Assembly (NCBI GenBank): GCA_964468375.1
Contig: CAYXUW010000001.1
Location: forward strand, 28,322-92,321
Source: an uncultured Pirellulales bacterium
GTDB taxonomy: Bacteria > Planctomycetota > Phycisphaerae > Sedimentisphaerales > Anaerobacaceae
DNA length: 64,000 nt
Direction: 5' to 3'
Below are positions 49,320 through 59,436 of the stretch, one piece after another. Position numbers and translations under genes: made by a program. The stretch's first letter is position 1, and every line of letters starts with the position of its first letter. The notes under the pieces are model-generated. The model was not told the origin of the DNA. It saw only the letters and a list, made by a program, of their open reading frames with translations, and did no database searches.

Positions 49320-49948
49320 CTACTGAATCCCTCTATAATTGCCCTGTTTTCTTTATTTAAAAGTGCCTGTATCTTCCGGGGGTCGTTAATCGCTGCGAGC
49401 TGCATGGCAAGTTTCCTGCCCTGTCCCAGCAATGCCCTCTTTACAGCGAGTATTTTCAAGGCGTCCCTTCGCTGCTCCTCTTCTTTGTCTATCCACTTTC
49501 CCCTTTCTATGTTGTATTGCATTATTTCCCGTTGTTCGCGGACTGATTTTATTCCCGCCTCACTTTTTTCTTTCAGCAGTTTATGCTCGGTCGGTTTTTT
49601 CCCTTCGTTCGCTGCGAAAAGTTTAAGCTGACTCTTGATATATACCTGCTTACCGCCTCTTGTAGCCGTCAGCATCCCCTCTTTTAACCAGCGACGGATC
49701 GTCCGTGCGCTTTTACCGATAAATCGTGCCGCTTCGGTCTGCGTTTCGATAATCTCGGCCTCTGCGATTTCGGCCGCGCTTTGGTTTTTCGACTTTGTTT
49801 TTTTCTTTTTTTCTGCCATTGTTTCCAGCTCGCCCAGCTCGTTCATCTCCTGTCTGCTCAAATGCCTGTTATTTCTGATTTTCGTCAAAAGATACAGGTG
49901 CCGCTGCTTTTGAGCGATTTCAACCGGGTCATGGGCGTTTTTATTCAA
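49316..49948 (-). CDS. Putative terminase small subunit / HTH protein (second copy)
   Basis: Exact second copy of 3226..3858. Confidence 0.5.
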   Translation of the reverse strand: MNKNAHDPVEIAQKQRHLYLLTKIRNNRHLSRQEMNELGELETMAEKKKKTKSKNQSAAEIAEAEIIETQTEAARFIGKSARTIRRWLKEGMLTATRGGKQVYIKSQLKLFAANEGKKPTEHKLLKEKSEAGIKSVREQREIMQYNIERGKWIDKEEEQRRDALKILAVKRALLGQGRKLAMQLAAINDPRKIQALLNKENRAIIEGFSR

Positions 49949-49991
49949 CTACAATCTGTTTTTCTCCGATAGTTTTACAGTCAAGCAAAAT

Positions 49992-50068
49992 GCCGATGCG
50001 AAAAAATGTTCCGCCGGCTGATCCCGGCGTAACAGGCGGTTAGTCTGATAGTTTCCGCCCGCATCGGC
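49992..50068. other. Nested inverted repeats (second copy)
   Basis: Exact second copy of 3902..3978. Confidence 0.5.
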
Positions 50069-50097
50069 TCCCTTTTATTCATAGGCGTCCCTGCCTT

Positions 50098-51411
50098 TTA
50101 TTTTCTAATCAGTTTTGCCTTCTTTCCTGTCCATTGTTCCCACCGTTTCACGGCAACGTCGCAGAAAACCGGCTCCAGCTCCATAGCGAAGCATCGCCTG
50201 CCGAGTTTCTCCGCCGCTATAATTTGCGATCCGGACCCACAAAACGGCTCATAGCAGATATCCCCGGGCCGCGTATGCACCCGCATTGGGATTGCGAACA
50301 CCTCGACCGGCTTTACTGTCGGGTGTTCGATATCCTGATTTCTTTTTTTGCCGTCCCAGTCCAGTTCCCAGACATCCGTGTAATATTCCGGCTCGGTAGG
50401 GTCACCTTCTTTTTGATATCCTACATACCATACGCTGCCAACTGCTTTATCTTTCGGCCTGAATGCCGGCTTGCTGCCTTTCGGCCACATCAGCAGGCAC
50501 GGCTCATGCCGCCAGGCATAATAGGAAAATGTTATCACCGCGCAGGGTTTGACCCAGATAATCTGCTGGTGAACGAGAATTTTCAATTCTTCACAAATTT
50601 GCTCTATCATGCATTTGTGCTTGGATGCATACCACATATATATAGCGGTCTTTTTCTGTATATATTTAAGGCCGATTTCCAGAAATCCCTTCATGAATCC
50701 CCTGGGGTCAGTGATATCGATTTCCCGAAACGTATCCGACCAGTCTTTGCCGCCTTTTTTCGCGGGCCTGTTAGCCCCTGTATAATCAACGCAATACGGC
50801 GGGTCCGTCGCAAACAGACTTGCCTTCTGATTTTTCATTAAATATTTGACATCTTTTTTATTCGTGCTGCTGCCGCAAAGCAGGCGATGGTCTCCGAGCA
50901 GCCACAAGTCGCCCTTTTTTGTTCTCGCCTTTTTCGGCGGTTTTGGTATATCATCGTCATAAGTTTGCCCTTCTTTTTCATGAACACCAACTTCGCTATG
51001 AAGTGCATCCAGTTGAAGTGCCAGATAATCTTTATCGTTCGACAGCTCCGAACGGAGCTTGTCTATATATTCCCCCAATGCGTTAATAAACCTGCCCTGG
51101 CAATGGCGATTATTGAGCGTCAGATTAAGAAGTTTTTCGTCCTTAACGTTAAGCCGAACGGTAACGCACCAGCATTTATATTTTTCGCCGTGCATATCAG
51201 CCAATACGCGGTACCGCTGATGCCCGCCAACAATAATGTTCTTCTTGGTCTTAACATTCACGATAATCGGCTCGACGCATCCGAACTTTTGTATCGACGC
51301 TGCCAGGCCCGCCAAGGCCTCGTCGCTTATTACTCGCGGGTTATACTCCGCCGGCTGCAGCTCGCCGAGTCTGAACTGTTTTATTTCTGGTCGTATTTCT
51401 CTCTTTTTCAT
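50098..51411 (-). CDS. ParB-domain DNA methyltransferase, DPPY type (second copy)
   Basis: Exact second copy of 4008..5321. Confidence 0.85.
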   Translation of the reverse strand: MKKREIRPEIKQFRLGELQPAEYNPRVISDEALAGLAASIQKFGCVEPIIVNVKTKKNIIVGGHQRYRVLADMHGEKYKCWCVTVRLNVKDEKLLNLTLNNRHCQGRFINALGEYIDKLRSELSNDKDYLALQLDALHSEVGVHEKEGQTYDDDIPKPPKKARTKKGDLWLLGDHRLLCGSSTNKKDVKYLMKNQKASLFATDPPYCVDYTGANRPAKKGGKDWSDTFREIDITDPRGFMKGFLEIGLKYIQKKTAIYMWYASKHKCMIEQICEELKILVHQQIIWVKPCAVITFSYYAWRHEPCLLMWPKGSKPAFRPKDKAVGSVWYVGYQKEGDPTEPEYYTDVWELDWDGKKRNQDIEHPTVKPVEVFAIPMRVHTRPGDICYEPFCGSGSQIIAAEKLGRRCFAMELEPVFCDVAVKRWEQWTGKKAKLIRK

Positions 51412-52682
51412 TGCTTGATTATTTCTGCCTTCCCGCCTGTCCATTGTTCCCACCGTTTCACCGTTACGTCGCAGTATTCCGGGCTGAGCTCTATCGCATT
51501 ACACTTCCTGCCCAATTTCTCGGCCGCTATAAGAGTCGAGCCGGATCCGCAGAACGGCTCGATTATTATGTCCCCGGGCTTGCTCATCAGGTCTATCGCC
51601 TTGCAGGGCAATGCAACCGGAAAACAGGCCTTGTGTTCTTCCATCTGTATTTTTTCTGTTACCGGGATCCGCCAGAAATTACTGACTCCTCTCTGCCTGA
51701 TTTTATCGAATGCCCATGTTTTTTGGTTCGTGCCGACGAAGCAAAAATCCAGGTCACAGCCGATATCCCGGTTCGTCAAAAGCAGGATGTTTTCATATTG
51801 CCTGGTCAGGCTTTTATCGCTGGTAATAGGCATAGCCCTTTCTTTGTCCCAGACTATGCTCTCCAGAAAAGTAAACCCGCAGCTTTTTATAAGATGATAA
51901 AAAATTTCGATATATTCCCACCTCGTATTGGCGTTGTAGCTTATATTCCAGAACAGAAAGCCTCGCAGAACCTTCTGCACATTTTTAGCAACAGTCAAAT
52001 TGAAACCGATGTATTGGCTTGACAGCATGCTGTCCTTATAATGCTCATACATATCGCCGCCCATGTTATAAGGCGGTGACGTAAAGCACATCTTCGCTTT
52101 TTTCTTCCCCATTAACTTAAGCACATCCCCCATATCCGTGCTATCGCCGCATAAGAGTTTATGATCACCGATCTGCCAGATATCGCCCGGCCTGGTAATT
52201 GCTTTTTTGGGTGGTTTCGGAATCTCATCATCATCAGTAAGGCCTATTTTTTCACTGGCGCCGAGCTGCTGCCGAAGCAGGCCTATTCTAAGACCCAGAT
52301 AATCCGCATCGTTCGGCAAGGTTTCCCTCAGCTCGTCTATGTACTCGGCCAGCTCCTCAATAAATTCCCCCTGTGTATGCGGATTATTAAGTGCCAGGTT
52401 CAGCAGCTTCTCATCTGTTTCGGACAGATCCACTGTTATACAAACCGCACTTTCGACACCAGTTGCAGACAAAACCTTAAACCGCTGATTGCCGCCGACG
52501 ATAGTATTAGCGCCTTTGCGAACATTAACGATAATCGGCTCGACGCATCCGAACTTTTGTATCGACACCGCCAGGCCGGCCAGGGCCTCATCGCTTATTG
52601 CCCGCGGGTTGTACTCCGCCGGCTGCAGCTCGCTGAGCTTAAACGTTTTTATCTTCGGCTGAATTTGTTTTTTCTTATTCAT
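51408..52682 (-). CDS. ParB-domain DNA methyltransferase, SPPY type (second copy)
   Basis: Exact second copy of 5318..6592. Confidence 0.85.
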   Translation of the reverse strand: MNKKKQIQPKIKTFKLSELQPAEYNPRAISDEALAGLAVSIQKFGCVEPIIVNVRKGANTIVGGNQRFKVLSATGVESAVCITVDLSETDEKLLNLALNNPHTQGEFIEELAEYIDELRETLPNDADYLGLRIGLLRQQLGASEKIGLTDDDEIPKPPKKAITRPGDIWQIGDHKLLCGDSTDMGDVLKLMGKKKAKMCFTSPPYNMGGDMYEHYKDSMLSSQYIGFNLTVAKNVQKVLRGFLFWNISYNANTRWEYIEIFYHLIKSCGFTFLESIVWDKERAMPITSDKSLTRQYENILLLTNRDIGCDLDFCFVGTNQKTWAFDKIRQRGVSNFWRIPVTEKIQMEEHKACFPVALPCKAIDLMSKPGDIIIEPFCGSGSTLIAAEKLGRKCNAIELSPEYCDVTVKRWEQWTGGKAEIIKQ

Positions 52683-52929
52683 AAACCTTCAGCCCTGTAG
52701 ATTCGAGGTCTTTGCTTATTATTGGCAGCAATGGCTGAAGCGGCATATTAAAAGTCGATATCCAGATAAACAGTTTGAAGCCGAAAAGTAATTTCAGTTT
52801 TTCCCGAAACGTCAACTCCCAGCAGCTGACAACTTTGCCGTCTCTTGTTTTGTATGCCGGCAACGGCTTATATTCCGGCTGGTTCTCTGCAAATGTGCAG
52901 TTCTGACCTTCAAATTTTACTGGCTCCAT
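52675..52929 (-). CDS. Hypothetical protein (second copy)
   Basis: Exact second copy of 6585..6839. Confidence 0.6.
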   Translation of the reverse strand: MEPVKFEGQNCTFAENQPEYKPLPAYKTRDGKVVSCWELTFREKLKLLFGFKLFIWISTFNMPLQPLLPIISKDLESTGLKVYE

Positions 52930-52954
52930 TTTTCACCTCGTTTCAGTTGACAAT

Positions 52955-53356
52955 TCATTCATTTTTGACCTTACTGTTGACAAAACTGCCCTGCAAATGC
53001 CTTAAAGTTGCCTCGGCAGTCGGCAGTCCTTTTTGCTTTCTTCTCTGCTGCCAGCTTGTAAACGCGAACACCTTGTCCTCGATGGAGTTCTTCTCTGCGA
53101 TCGTAAACCGCTTCCTGCCGAATCTTTTCATCTCTTCAAGCAGCTCCTGTGCGTATTTTATGTGATGTTTCGGCATCGCCGCCTCGCCGGCCGCCAGAAG
53201 TATTTCGAGCTTCCGTTTCAGCTCCGCCGTCTCAGCAATACTCACAAATCCTAACGGTGCTTTCTCCGCCTCAGTTTCCTCGGGCGCCGGTTTCTCAAAC
53301 AACGGCGCCGTCCGCTGTCTTAACCTGTGCCTGAGCTTCTTTTCAACTATGTTCAT
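52955..53356 (-). CDS. Hypothetical protein (second copy)
   Basis: Exact second copy of 6865..7266. Confidence 0.6.
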   Translation of the reverse strand: MNIVEKKLRHRLRQRTAPLFEKPAPEETEAEKAPLGFVSIAETAELKRKLEILLAAGEAAMPKHHIKYAQELLEEMKRFGRKRFTIAEKNSIEDKVFAFTSWQQRRKQKGLPTAEATLRHLQGSFVNSKVKNE

Positions 53357-53682
53357 TTAAACAGTCCCTTTTGTTTTCTCACCCGCTTACATTGTTCTCC
53401 GCCGACTTCCATAGCCACACAAACATTGGGGCGGGTCGGATAAATCTCACAAGTGTTATCATCCTTCAAAAATGGGCAGGGCATCTTTTCTCCGCAGGCA
53501 AGCAGGTATTCTTTCTCCATATCATCCTCGAATTTTATCCTGCCGTTGCCGTCACACAGCTCAGCTACTGGCCGCAAACGTGGCTCCCTAATCAAATCCA
53601 GCTCCCCAATCTGGATAATCAAACCCCGACAGCATGCGCCGCATTTTTGACATTCCGCCAATGCTTTAATTTTCTCAGCCAT
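53353..53682 (-). CDS. YkgJ/UPF0153-like Cys-cluster protein (second copy)
   Basis: Exact second copy of 7263..7592. Confidence 0.65.
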   Translation of the reverse strand: MAEKIKALAECQKCGACCRGLIIQIGELDLIREPRLRPVAELCDGNGRIKFEDDMEKEYLLACGEKMPCPFLKDDNTCEIYPTRPNVCVAMEVGGEQCKRVRKQKGLFK

Positions 53683-53877
53683 TCAGCAATGTTTCCTTCC
53701 GCAAACAGGGCAGATTTTACCATTGAGGCCGCCGTCCAAATGACTGCATAGTTTCTGGCCTCTTTTCCCTCTGGCAGCGTAACAGCAACTGCCCCAATGT
53801 TTGTGACACTCCATTTGATACCTTCTCACTACCGCCCGCTTGTAAGATACCGAATTAAAACCAAATTCCTCAGTCAT
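53683..53877 (-). CDS. Small Cys/His-rich protein (second copy)
   Basis: Exact second copy of 7593..7787. Confidence 0.5.
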   Translation of the reverse strand: MTEEFGFNSVSYKRAVVRRYQMECHKHWGSCCYAARGKRGQKLCSHLDGGLNGKICPVCGRKHC

Positions 53878-54089
53878 TTAGCTTGCCTCTGTTTTTGTTC
53901 GTAAAGCCGTTGCATTTCAAATCTGTTATTCATCGTAGCTCCCTCTTGTTGAGCCGCAGGACTGCCTATATAATCCTTGCATCCTTGACACATTTCTCTA
54001 ACAACTTTTTTCCCTACCATTCCTATTATCCGACCGCGAGTGGGCGTTCCACAATGCGGGCAGAGATACATTTTCTTTCCCTCAGTCAT
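53874..54089 (-). CDS. Small zinc-ribbon protein (second copy)
   Basis: Exact second copy of 7784..7999. Confidence 0.55.
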   Translation of the reverse strand: MTEGKKMYLCPHCGTPTRGRIIGMVGKKVVREMCQGCKDYIGSPAAQQEGATMNNRFEMQRLYEQKQRQAK

Positions 54090-54096
54090 CGCTTTT

Positions 54097-54519
54097 TTAT
54101 TTCAATGGAATAATGCCACGACCTTTACACCTACCGCAATCAACCCATTCATATGCCTTTATACCTTTACCTGATATACGCTCGCCTTTTTCCCCGTGGC
54201 ATACAGGGCATATATTAAATTCGTCACCGACAAGACTTTCGACTAATTCCCGAAATGCAGCAACTTTTTCAGCCCAAGCGTCGAGGTCACGTTTCTCTTG
54301 TTGCAGGTCGTTATCTTCCTCGCTCAATCTTTTGTGCACATCAAATAAAGTTGTTGTTTGTTCGTGGCCATTAGTTCTAACACCTTTAATCGCAAAATCT
54401 AAATCAATATCAAGGTGCACAAAACCGTGACTACATGGGGGAGGCCCCAAGTCTTTATATGCTTTTCTGATTTTATTTAATATTTTAAGTTCTTTGCCTC
54501 TCGGTGGGTAATCGCTCAT
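54097..54519 (-). CDS. DnaJ-type zinc-finger protein (second copy)
   Basis: Exact second copy of 8007..8429. Confidence 0.6.
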   Translation of the reverse strand: MSDYPPRGKELKILNKIRKAYKDLGPPPCSHGFVHLDIDLDFAIKGVRTNGHEQTTTLFDVHKRLSEEDNDLQQEKRDLDAWAEKVAAFRELVESLVGDEFNICPVCHGEKGERISGKGIKAYEWVDCGRCKGRGIIPLK

Positions 54520-54533
54520 TTTTTACCTCTCTT

Positions 54534-54833
54534 TCACCAATCCATCGTTCCCGCATTTATACAGGCCAGAGTAAACTGGCAGGCAGCTATCATATCTCCG
54601 AGCTCGTGTTTTACGTCGGCAACTTTGCCTTCCTGCATAGCAGCTTCAAGTTCCCGATATTCAAGTCGAATTGCACCGAGCGCTTCGTGCCGGGACGTAA
54701 AAGTTCCAAAGCCCTTTTCTTCAATCACTTTATCAAGGTGCCGTTCCGAAAATCCCTGCGCCCATAGGATATTTTCTCTCGTCACCAATGCCCTCATGTT
54801 ACCTGTATGTTCATTACGAATTGTCGCGTGCAT
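54534..54833 (-). CDS. MazG-like protein (second copy)
   Basis: Exact second copy of 8444..8743. Confidence 0.5.
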   Translation of the reverse strand: MHATIRNEHTGNMRALVTRENILWAQGFSERHLDKVIEEKGFGTFTSRHEALGAIRLEYRELEAAMQEGKVADVKHELGDMIAACQFTLACINAGTMDW

Positions 54834-54847
54834 TTCTTACCTCACTT

Positions 54848-55459
54848 TCAAAATTGCTTTTGCTTAGGCCATTCTGCCCGGCCTAAAATTTTCAAAACTG
54901 AACTGCCCTGAACCTCTGCCCATACAGGGGCTTTGCCCTGCGGCCTACCTCCCCAGCGACCGCACGGATAACGCTTGACAAATTCTCCTTTCCAATCCTC
55001 TAAGTCTGGCTTGCCAAATAACGGCTTATCAACGAGCGGGAAAAGTTCCATTATTTCTGATATAAGTTTTTCGTGAAACCTTCTGAAATCCAATGCCTCG
55101 CTGATATTAAGCCCTTCCAAATATAACCACCAACCCCGATATATAAGTCCGTTAATGCCCGGACACCAAAACACCCATATATACAACGGCTTTCGATAGA
55201 TAATGTCCCTCTCGCGTTTCCAATATAAATGCTCTTCCATTTTTTCTATTTTTCTGCGGAGAATGTCTGATTTATAAGTAAACTCCCAGGGTGCATACAT
55301 ATATTTTCGATAAGCACTCACTGCATCTTCCGGCCAAACAAGCGGCTGAAGTCTATCTACCTCTATCCCAGCCACATTTTTTAGATATTCTTTCGCTCGC
55401 TGGCGGGCTGCTTCGCTCATTTTTGGAGGTTCAAATCCTCTCAGGACAACCGTTGACAT
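54848..55459 (-). CDS. Hypothetical protein (second copy)
   Basis: Exact second copy of 8758..9369. Confidence 0.6.
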   Translation of the reverse strand: MSTVVLRGFEPPKMSEAARQRAKEYLKNVAGIEVDRLQPLVWPEDAVSAYRKYMYAPWEFTYKSDILRRKIEKMEEHLYWKRERDIIYRKPLYIWVFWCPGINGLIYRGWWLYLEGLNISEALDFRRFHEKLISEIMELFPLVDKPLFGKPDLEDWKGEFVKRYPCGRWGGRPQGKAPVWAEVQGSSVLKILGRAEWPKQKQF

Positions 55460-55469
55460 CTTTTCGCTT

Positions 55470-55751
55470 TCAAAATTCCGTAGTCGCAAAAAAGCACGGA
55501 AACTTTATTCCCGATCTGACCATATCCGTAAGCTGTTGCATAAACGACATCGATTTCGTCTTATCGTTCAAATCGGGGAAGTATCGCAGTGACCAAACCT
55601 GCTCGTTCGTCAGTTCTTCCGGGCCCTCGAACTCATCCTCGTCCAGTCCTATCTCGGCCATATACGCCTTTTTGACCGATTCCGCATCCGGCCCCACCCA
55701 CCAGTCACAGTCGCTCATTCTGAAAATCTTCATTCCGCCTATAGCATTCAT
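55470..55751 (-). CDS. Hypothetical acidic protein (second copy)
   Basis: Exact second copy of 9380..9661. Confidence 0.6.
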   Translation of the reverse strand: MNAIGGMKIFRMSDCDWWVGPDAESVKKAYMAEIGLDEDEFEGPEELTNEQVWSLRYFPDLNDKTKSMSFMQQLTDMVRSGIKFPCFFATTEF

Positions 55752-55930
55752 TTCTTCACCTTTAATCTTTTAACCTCTTCTATAGCATAGCTGCCGCATT
55801 TCTCGCACCGCTCCGGCTTGTCCCGGCCGTAACCTGCGGCACAGCCACTGCATTGATAAACCATCTCAAACTGATTTTTATCGATATCTTTCAGATATTC
55901 TTCGACGTCGGCGGTGTTCGGCGGCGTCAC
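55748..55930 (-). CDS. Small zinc-ribbon protein (second copy)
   Basis: Exact second copy of 9658..9840. Confidence 0.5.
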   Translation of the reverse strand: MTPPNTADVEEYLKDIDKNQFEMVYQCSGCAAGYGRDKPERCEKCGSYAIEEVKRLKVKK

Positions 55931-55947
55931 CTTATTCTTATCCGGCT

Positions 55948-56391
55948 TTAGCCCTCTGTCCGGGCCTGCGGAAAATTTCGCGGGGGTTTGCCCATTTCTA
56001 TCAGTTTCGCATCGACCGCCTTCGCCGCTGCCACGTCCGTCGGAAAACCTCCTATATTTATCCTTTTGCCTTCGATAAATATCACTGCCCGCCAGGGATT
56101 TTTCTTGCTGTTCGGAACTGCCGAAACGCCGTAATATCCTGATTTTGACTTCCGCTTTTTACGGGGCTTTTTCTCCGGCGTCGGCGCCTCGCTTGTATCC
56201 GCCGGCAGCACTGTTATCTCTTCTGTCGCGGGCATCTTTATCATCGCAAACCCTGATACCTGGCTGCCGAGCATTTCCGCTGTCACCCGCGCTTGTGTTT
56301 CGAGGTTGACAAGCACCGCCGCCCGGACCAGTTTTTCGATTTTGTAAATCCCGCCTTTGCCGTCTGTGAAAAATACGCTTTTATTTGCCAT
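55948..56391 (-). CDS. AP2-domain DNA-binding protein (second copy)
   Basis: Exact second copy of 9858..10301. Confidence 0.65.
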   Translation of the reverse strand: MANKSVFFTDGKGGIYKIEKLVRAAVLVNLETQARVTAEMLGSQVSGFAMIKMPATEEITVLPADTSEAPTPEKKPRKKRKSKSGYYGVSAVPNSKKNPWRAVIFIEGKRINIGGFPTDVAAAKAVDAKLIEMGKPPRNFPQARTEG

Positions 56392-56974
56392 CCTTGATCT
56401 CCTTCAAAATCTTTTCAATTGTTCCGGGGGAAAGTGTGTCCAGCAAAATGTTTTTCATCGCCTTCCTACCTACATCAATAGCCCTATCATCTACGCTTCT
56501 TTTTTCTTTGGTTATTGGTAATTTTATTCCCCAAAATTCGCATATTCGCCTTATCGCTTCATTACAAAATCGGAGCTGCTCCTCGACGTCTTTGATATGA
56601 AAGAGTGCTTTTTCAAGCATCTGTTTCTCCGGCGGGTCAAGATGCGGCCCGATGAAATTCTCCAGCTCCTCAATAAACCGTTTGTCTTTGCAATCAGGAC
56701 AAGGATAACTATCTTTACCAAACATACCGCAGGGTATTATTCCATTTCTGCACCTTGGATTACTGCATTTCGGCTTTTCGCCTCTCGGCCATGGCTTCGG
56801 CGATTTAACGAACGGAATTCGCGGACATTCCCCGGGCGCGAGATTCGGCAATCCTCTCTTCCAGTAAATCCCCTCGACCGGTTTATCCCAAAACCACATC
56901 TTCAATGTTCGAACGGCATAACCCAGCACTGCCCCGGCCAAAATCAATATCCCCGCCGCTATATAAATCTCCAT
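56381..56974 (-). CDS. Membrane-anchored Cys-rich protein (second copy)
   Basis: Exact second copy of 10291..10884. Confidence 0.6.
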   Translation of the reverse strand: MEIYIAAGILILAGAVLGYAVRTLKMWFWDKPVEGIYWKRGLPNLAPGECPRIPFVKSPKPWPRGEKPKCSNPRCRNGIIPCGMFGKDSYPCPDCKDKRFIEELENFIGPHLDPPEKQMLEKALFHIKDVEEQLRFCNEAIRRICEFWGIKLPITKEKRSVDDRAIDVGRKAMKNILLDTLSPGTIEKILKEIKDGK

Positions 56975-56975
56975 C

Positions 56976-57338
56976 TTACTGCTCCTTTATTTTTTCAGTT
57001 TTCAAATCTACCGGGCAATTTGGCAGATAAACTTCCCTGTCCGGGAAAATTGCCAATAGCCGCCCATCCATTAAATTTATATGTCCCGTTGTCACTCCAT
57101 GCCCGCAGCAGCAGCCCCTTGTTTTTATGCCGCCGTCATTCAGGGCCTTTACCATATCTGCGATACAGGCATCGATGGGCATTTCCTTTTCGTACTCCTT
57201 GCCAGTGGGTGAAAGGTCCGCCGCGATGGTAACTTTCATCATCACAGGCATTCGCCCGCAATGCGGACACGGCTTTGTGCGCCGCCCGTACTCTGCCTCG
57301 ATTTGCGCTGGCCCTTTCGCCCTGTTTTCATTGTCCAT
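56976..57338 (-). CDS. Cys-rich hypothetical protein (second copy)
   Basis: Exact second copy of 10886..11248. Confidence 0.55.
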   Translation of the reverse strand: MDNENRAKGPAQIEAEYGRRTKPCPHCGRMPVMMKVTIAADLSPTGKEYEKEMPIDACIADMVKALNDGGIKTRGCCCGHGVTTGHINLMDGRLLAIFPDREVYLPNCPVDLKTEKIKEQ

Positions 57339-57690
57339 CTTCCACCTCATCATCCCTGAAAATATATTTTTCAAATCTCGGCGACCTGAGCATCGCCGCG
57401 CACGCATTGCTCAACCTGTCCAATCCGTCATCGCCGTCAGCATTGAACGCCTGGCGGAGAATTTCTTTTAGTTTGTTACGCTCCTGTGCCGCTAACTCTC
57501 CGCTTTCGCCGTCAAGTTCTGAAAACACCGACATCAGACCGAGCTCCGCAAAGTTGCAGAGTGTTACGAGCTCCATTTCCGACACTTTGACTTTCTTGCC
57601 GATATTTTTAACGACCACGCAATGGCCTTCCATGCGTGCCGTTATCGCAACCATTTTCGCCTCATCCATATTTTTTATTTCTCCTGTCAT
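57328..57690 (-). CDS. Hypothetical acidic protein (second copy)
   Basis: Exact second copy of 11238..11600. Confidence 0.55.
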   Translation of the reverse strand: MTGEIKNMDEAKMVAITARMEGHCVVVKNIGKKVKVSEMELVTLCNFAELGLMSVFSELDGESGELAAQERNKLKEILRQAFNADGDDGLDRLSNACAAMLRSPRFEKYIFRDDEVEDGQ

Positions 57691-57868
57691 TGAGGTCGAT
57701 ATACTTAACGTTGTGAAACCGCAGCTGCGGGAATTCCTTTTTGGCGACTGACTTTCCGGTAAAGTGAGTGGCGTTCTTAAAATCGGTAAACCCCAGGCCG
57801 CCGCCGCTACGTCTTGTTACGAACAATCCGTCTCTGCGTCTAACAACTATATCTTTTTCTTTGGCCAT
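57662..57868 (-). CDS. Hypothetical protein (second copy)
   Basis: Exact second copy of 11572..11778. Confidence 0.55.
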   Translation of the reverse strand: MAKEKDIVVRRRDGLFVTRRSGGGLGFTDFKNATHFTGKSVAKKEFPQLRFHNVKYIDLNDRRNKKYG

Positions 57869-57928
57869 AATTATTCTCCTGTCACGGTTATTGCAGGGTG
57901 CACATTCCAAACTGCGTTTTCACAGCGG

Positions 57929-58346
57929 CCGGACACGCTTTTTTTCACCACAAATTCACTTTTTGCGCGCCATCGCCAACCGCAGCCAAACAAAACTTTT
58001 AGGAAGGACCCAAAACATTTATTCCCCCCCACCTGATTACATGACCTCATGTCCCCACCATTCAATGCGCGCGCTGCCATTTTGACCGCTTGGAAAAACC
58101 TTACTATTAAGCTGAAAACAAAGTTTTTATGTCCCCACGTTTTTAACTCAAAAACGAAGATTTGCCTAAAAAAGCGGACATTTAGAAGCGGACGTTTTTC
58201 AAAAACTTTATTATCCGTGTGATAATGAGGGTGACCGGACATAAGCACGCCCACCTTATTATCGAAGTAAAAACGAAGATTACCGTAAACACAACTGAGA
58301 TACTGTTTCAAAAAAGCACTTTTCAAACAGGCGTTTAAATGTCCGC
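57929..58346. repeat. RTGTCCSS / AAAACGAAGATT motif cluster (second copy)
   Basis: Exact second copy of 11839..12256. Confidence 0.6.
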
Positions 58347-58466
58347 TGCTGATTTTTTTTGATTTTTGAACGTGATTAACGGATTTCGTAACTGCCATAA
58401 AAACCTAACCTTACGAACCTCTTAAAAACTTAAGTCATCATTACTCTGTAAAAGGTTTACACACCC

Positions 58467-59201
58467 TTACAAACGATCGCTGTAATCACGGTCCAGACGC
58501 TCGCCCATTCCGTTGGCTTGAATGTTCAAAAAGTGCAGGTACTGGACCGTGGTCTCCAGGCTCGAATGACCCATCAAATTCTGCAACGAATATATATCGA
58601 TACCAGCGCCGCCTTCGTCTTTGGACCTTAAAGAATTAACTGCAAACGTGTGCCTGAACATGTGCGGATGGAGCGACTTTTTAATGCCTGCTGCCTCTCC
58701 CCTGCCCTTAATCATTCTAAACAAGGAAGTAGAGGCCCGAGGCCTGAGGCTTATCTCCCCTGTTTTTTTATCAACGGCCCGGACGGTTTGCAGATAAGTC
58801 TTTTTCCGTGAGCTGTAAAATAATGGTTTGCTTATATCGCTTCTGCGGATATGGCGAGGCAGAGTTTTGGGTCTTATCTTGCTAATGTATTTATCAATTG
58901 CCGTCGCAAGGCGCTTGCTTATAGGTATCGTCCGATCCTTATTGCCTTTGCCTTTGTATACCTCGATTACATTTTCACCTAAAACTCCCGGAGTGTCCTG
59001 CACACGCAGCTTCGCCAGCTCCTGAATCCGCAAACCGGTGTTGAGAAGTATGTCGCATATTAAAAATAATCTCCTGTCGCTCAGGCTGGTGGCATTCTTC
59101 CTTAAAAAAACCATAAGCTGCTGCTGCTCATCGTCATTTAAGACTTTTCTCCAGCTGATTCCATCTTTACGTTTTCGAGGTCCCGTCCGTGCGTGACGCA
59201 T
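58467..59201 (-). CDS. Xer-like tyrosine recombinase (second copy)
   Basis: Exact second copy of 12377..13111. Confidence 0.85.
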   Translation of the reverse strand: MRHARTGPRKRKDGISWRKVLNDDEQQQLMVFLRKNATSLSDRRLFLICDILLNTGLRIQELAKLRVQDTPGVLGENVIEVYKGKGNKDRTIPISKRLATAIDKYISKIRPKTLPRHIRRSDISKPLFYSSRKKTYLQTVRAVDKKTGEISLRPRASTSLFRMIKGRGEAAGIKKSLHPHMFRHTFAVNSLRSKDEGGAGIDIYSLQNLMGHSSLETTVQYLHFLNIQANGMGERLDRDYSDRL

Positions 59202-59204
59202 AAA

Positions 59205-59414
59205 TTAATCCTTCATTGGCAAATCTGGCTGCTGAGCTTCAAAAGAAAACTTTACTCTCTCCTTTTCTTTTTTCTTCGGCTTGGTAAGTTTCTGCAGCTG
59301 CTCTATCGAACAGTTAGAAGTGCAATCTTCAAATACAAATTTGATGCCGCCGGTTTTCAATGTTGCACTCGTCAGAAAACCTTCACCTGTGATTTTTTTT
59401 GCTTGCCCTGGCAT
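59205..59414 (-). CDS. Small hypothetical protein (second copy)
   Basis: Exact second copy of 13115..13324. Confidence 0.5.
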   Translation of the reverse strand: MPGQAKKITGEGFLTSATLKTGGIKFVFEDCTSNCSIEQLQKLTKPKKKEKERVKFSFEAQQPDLPMKD

Positions 59415-59436
59415 TATTTTGTCTCCTTGTTTTTTG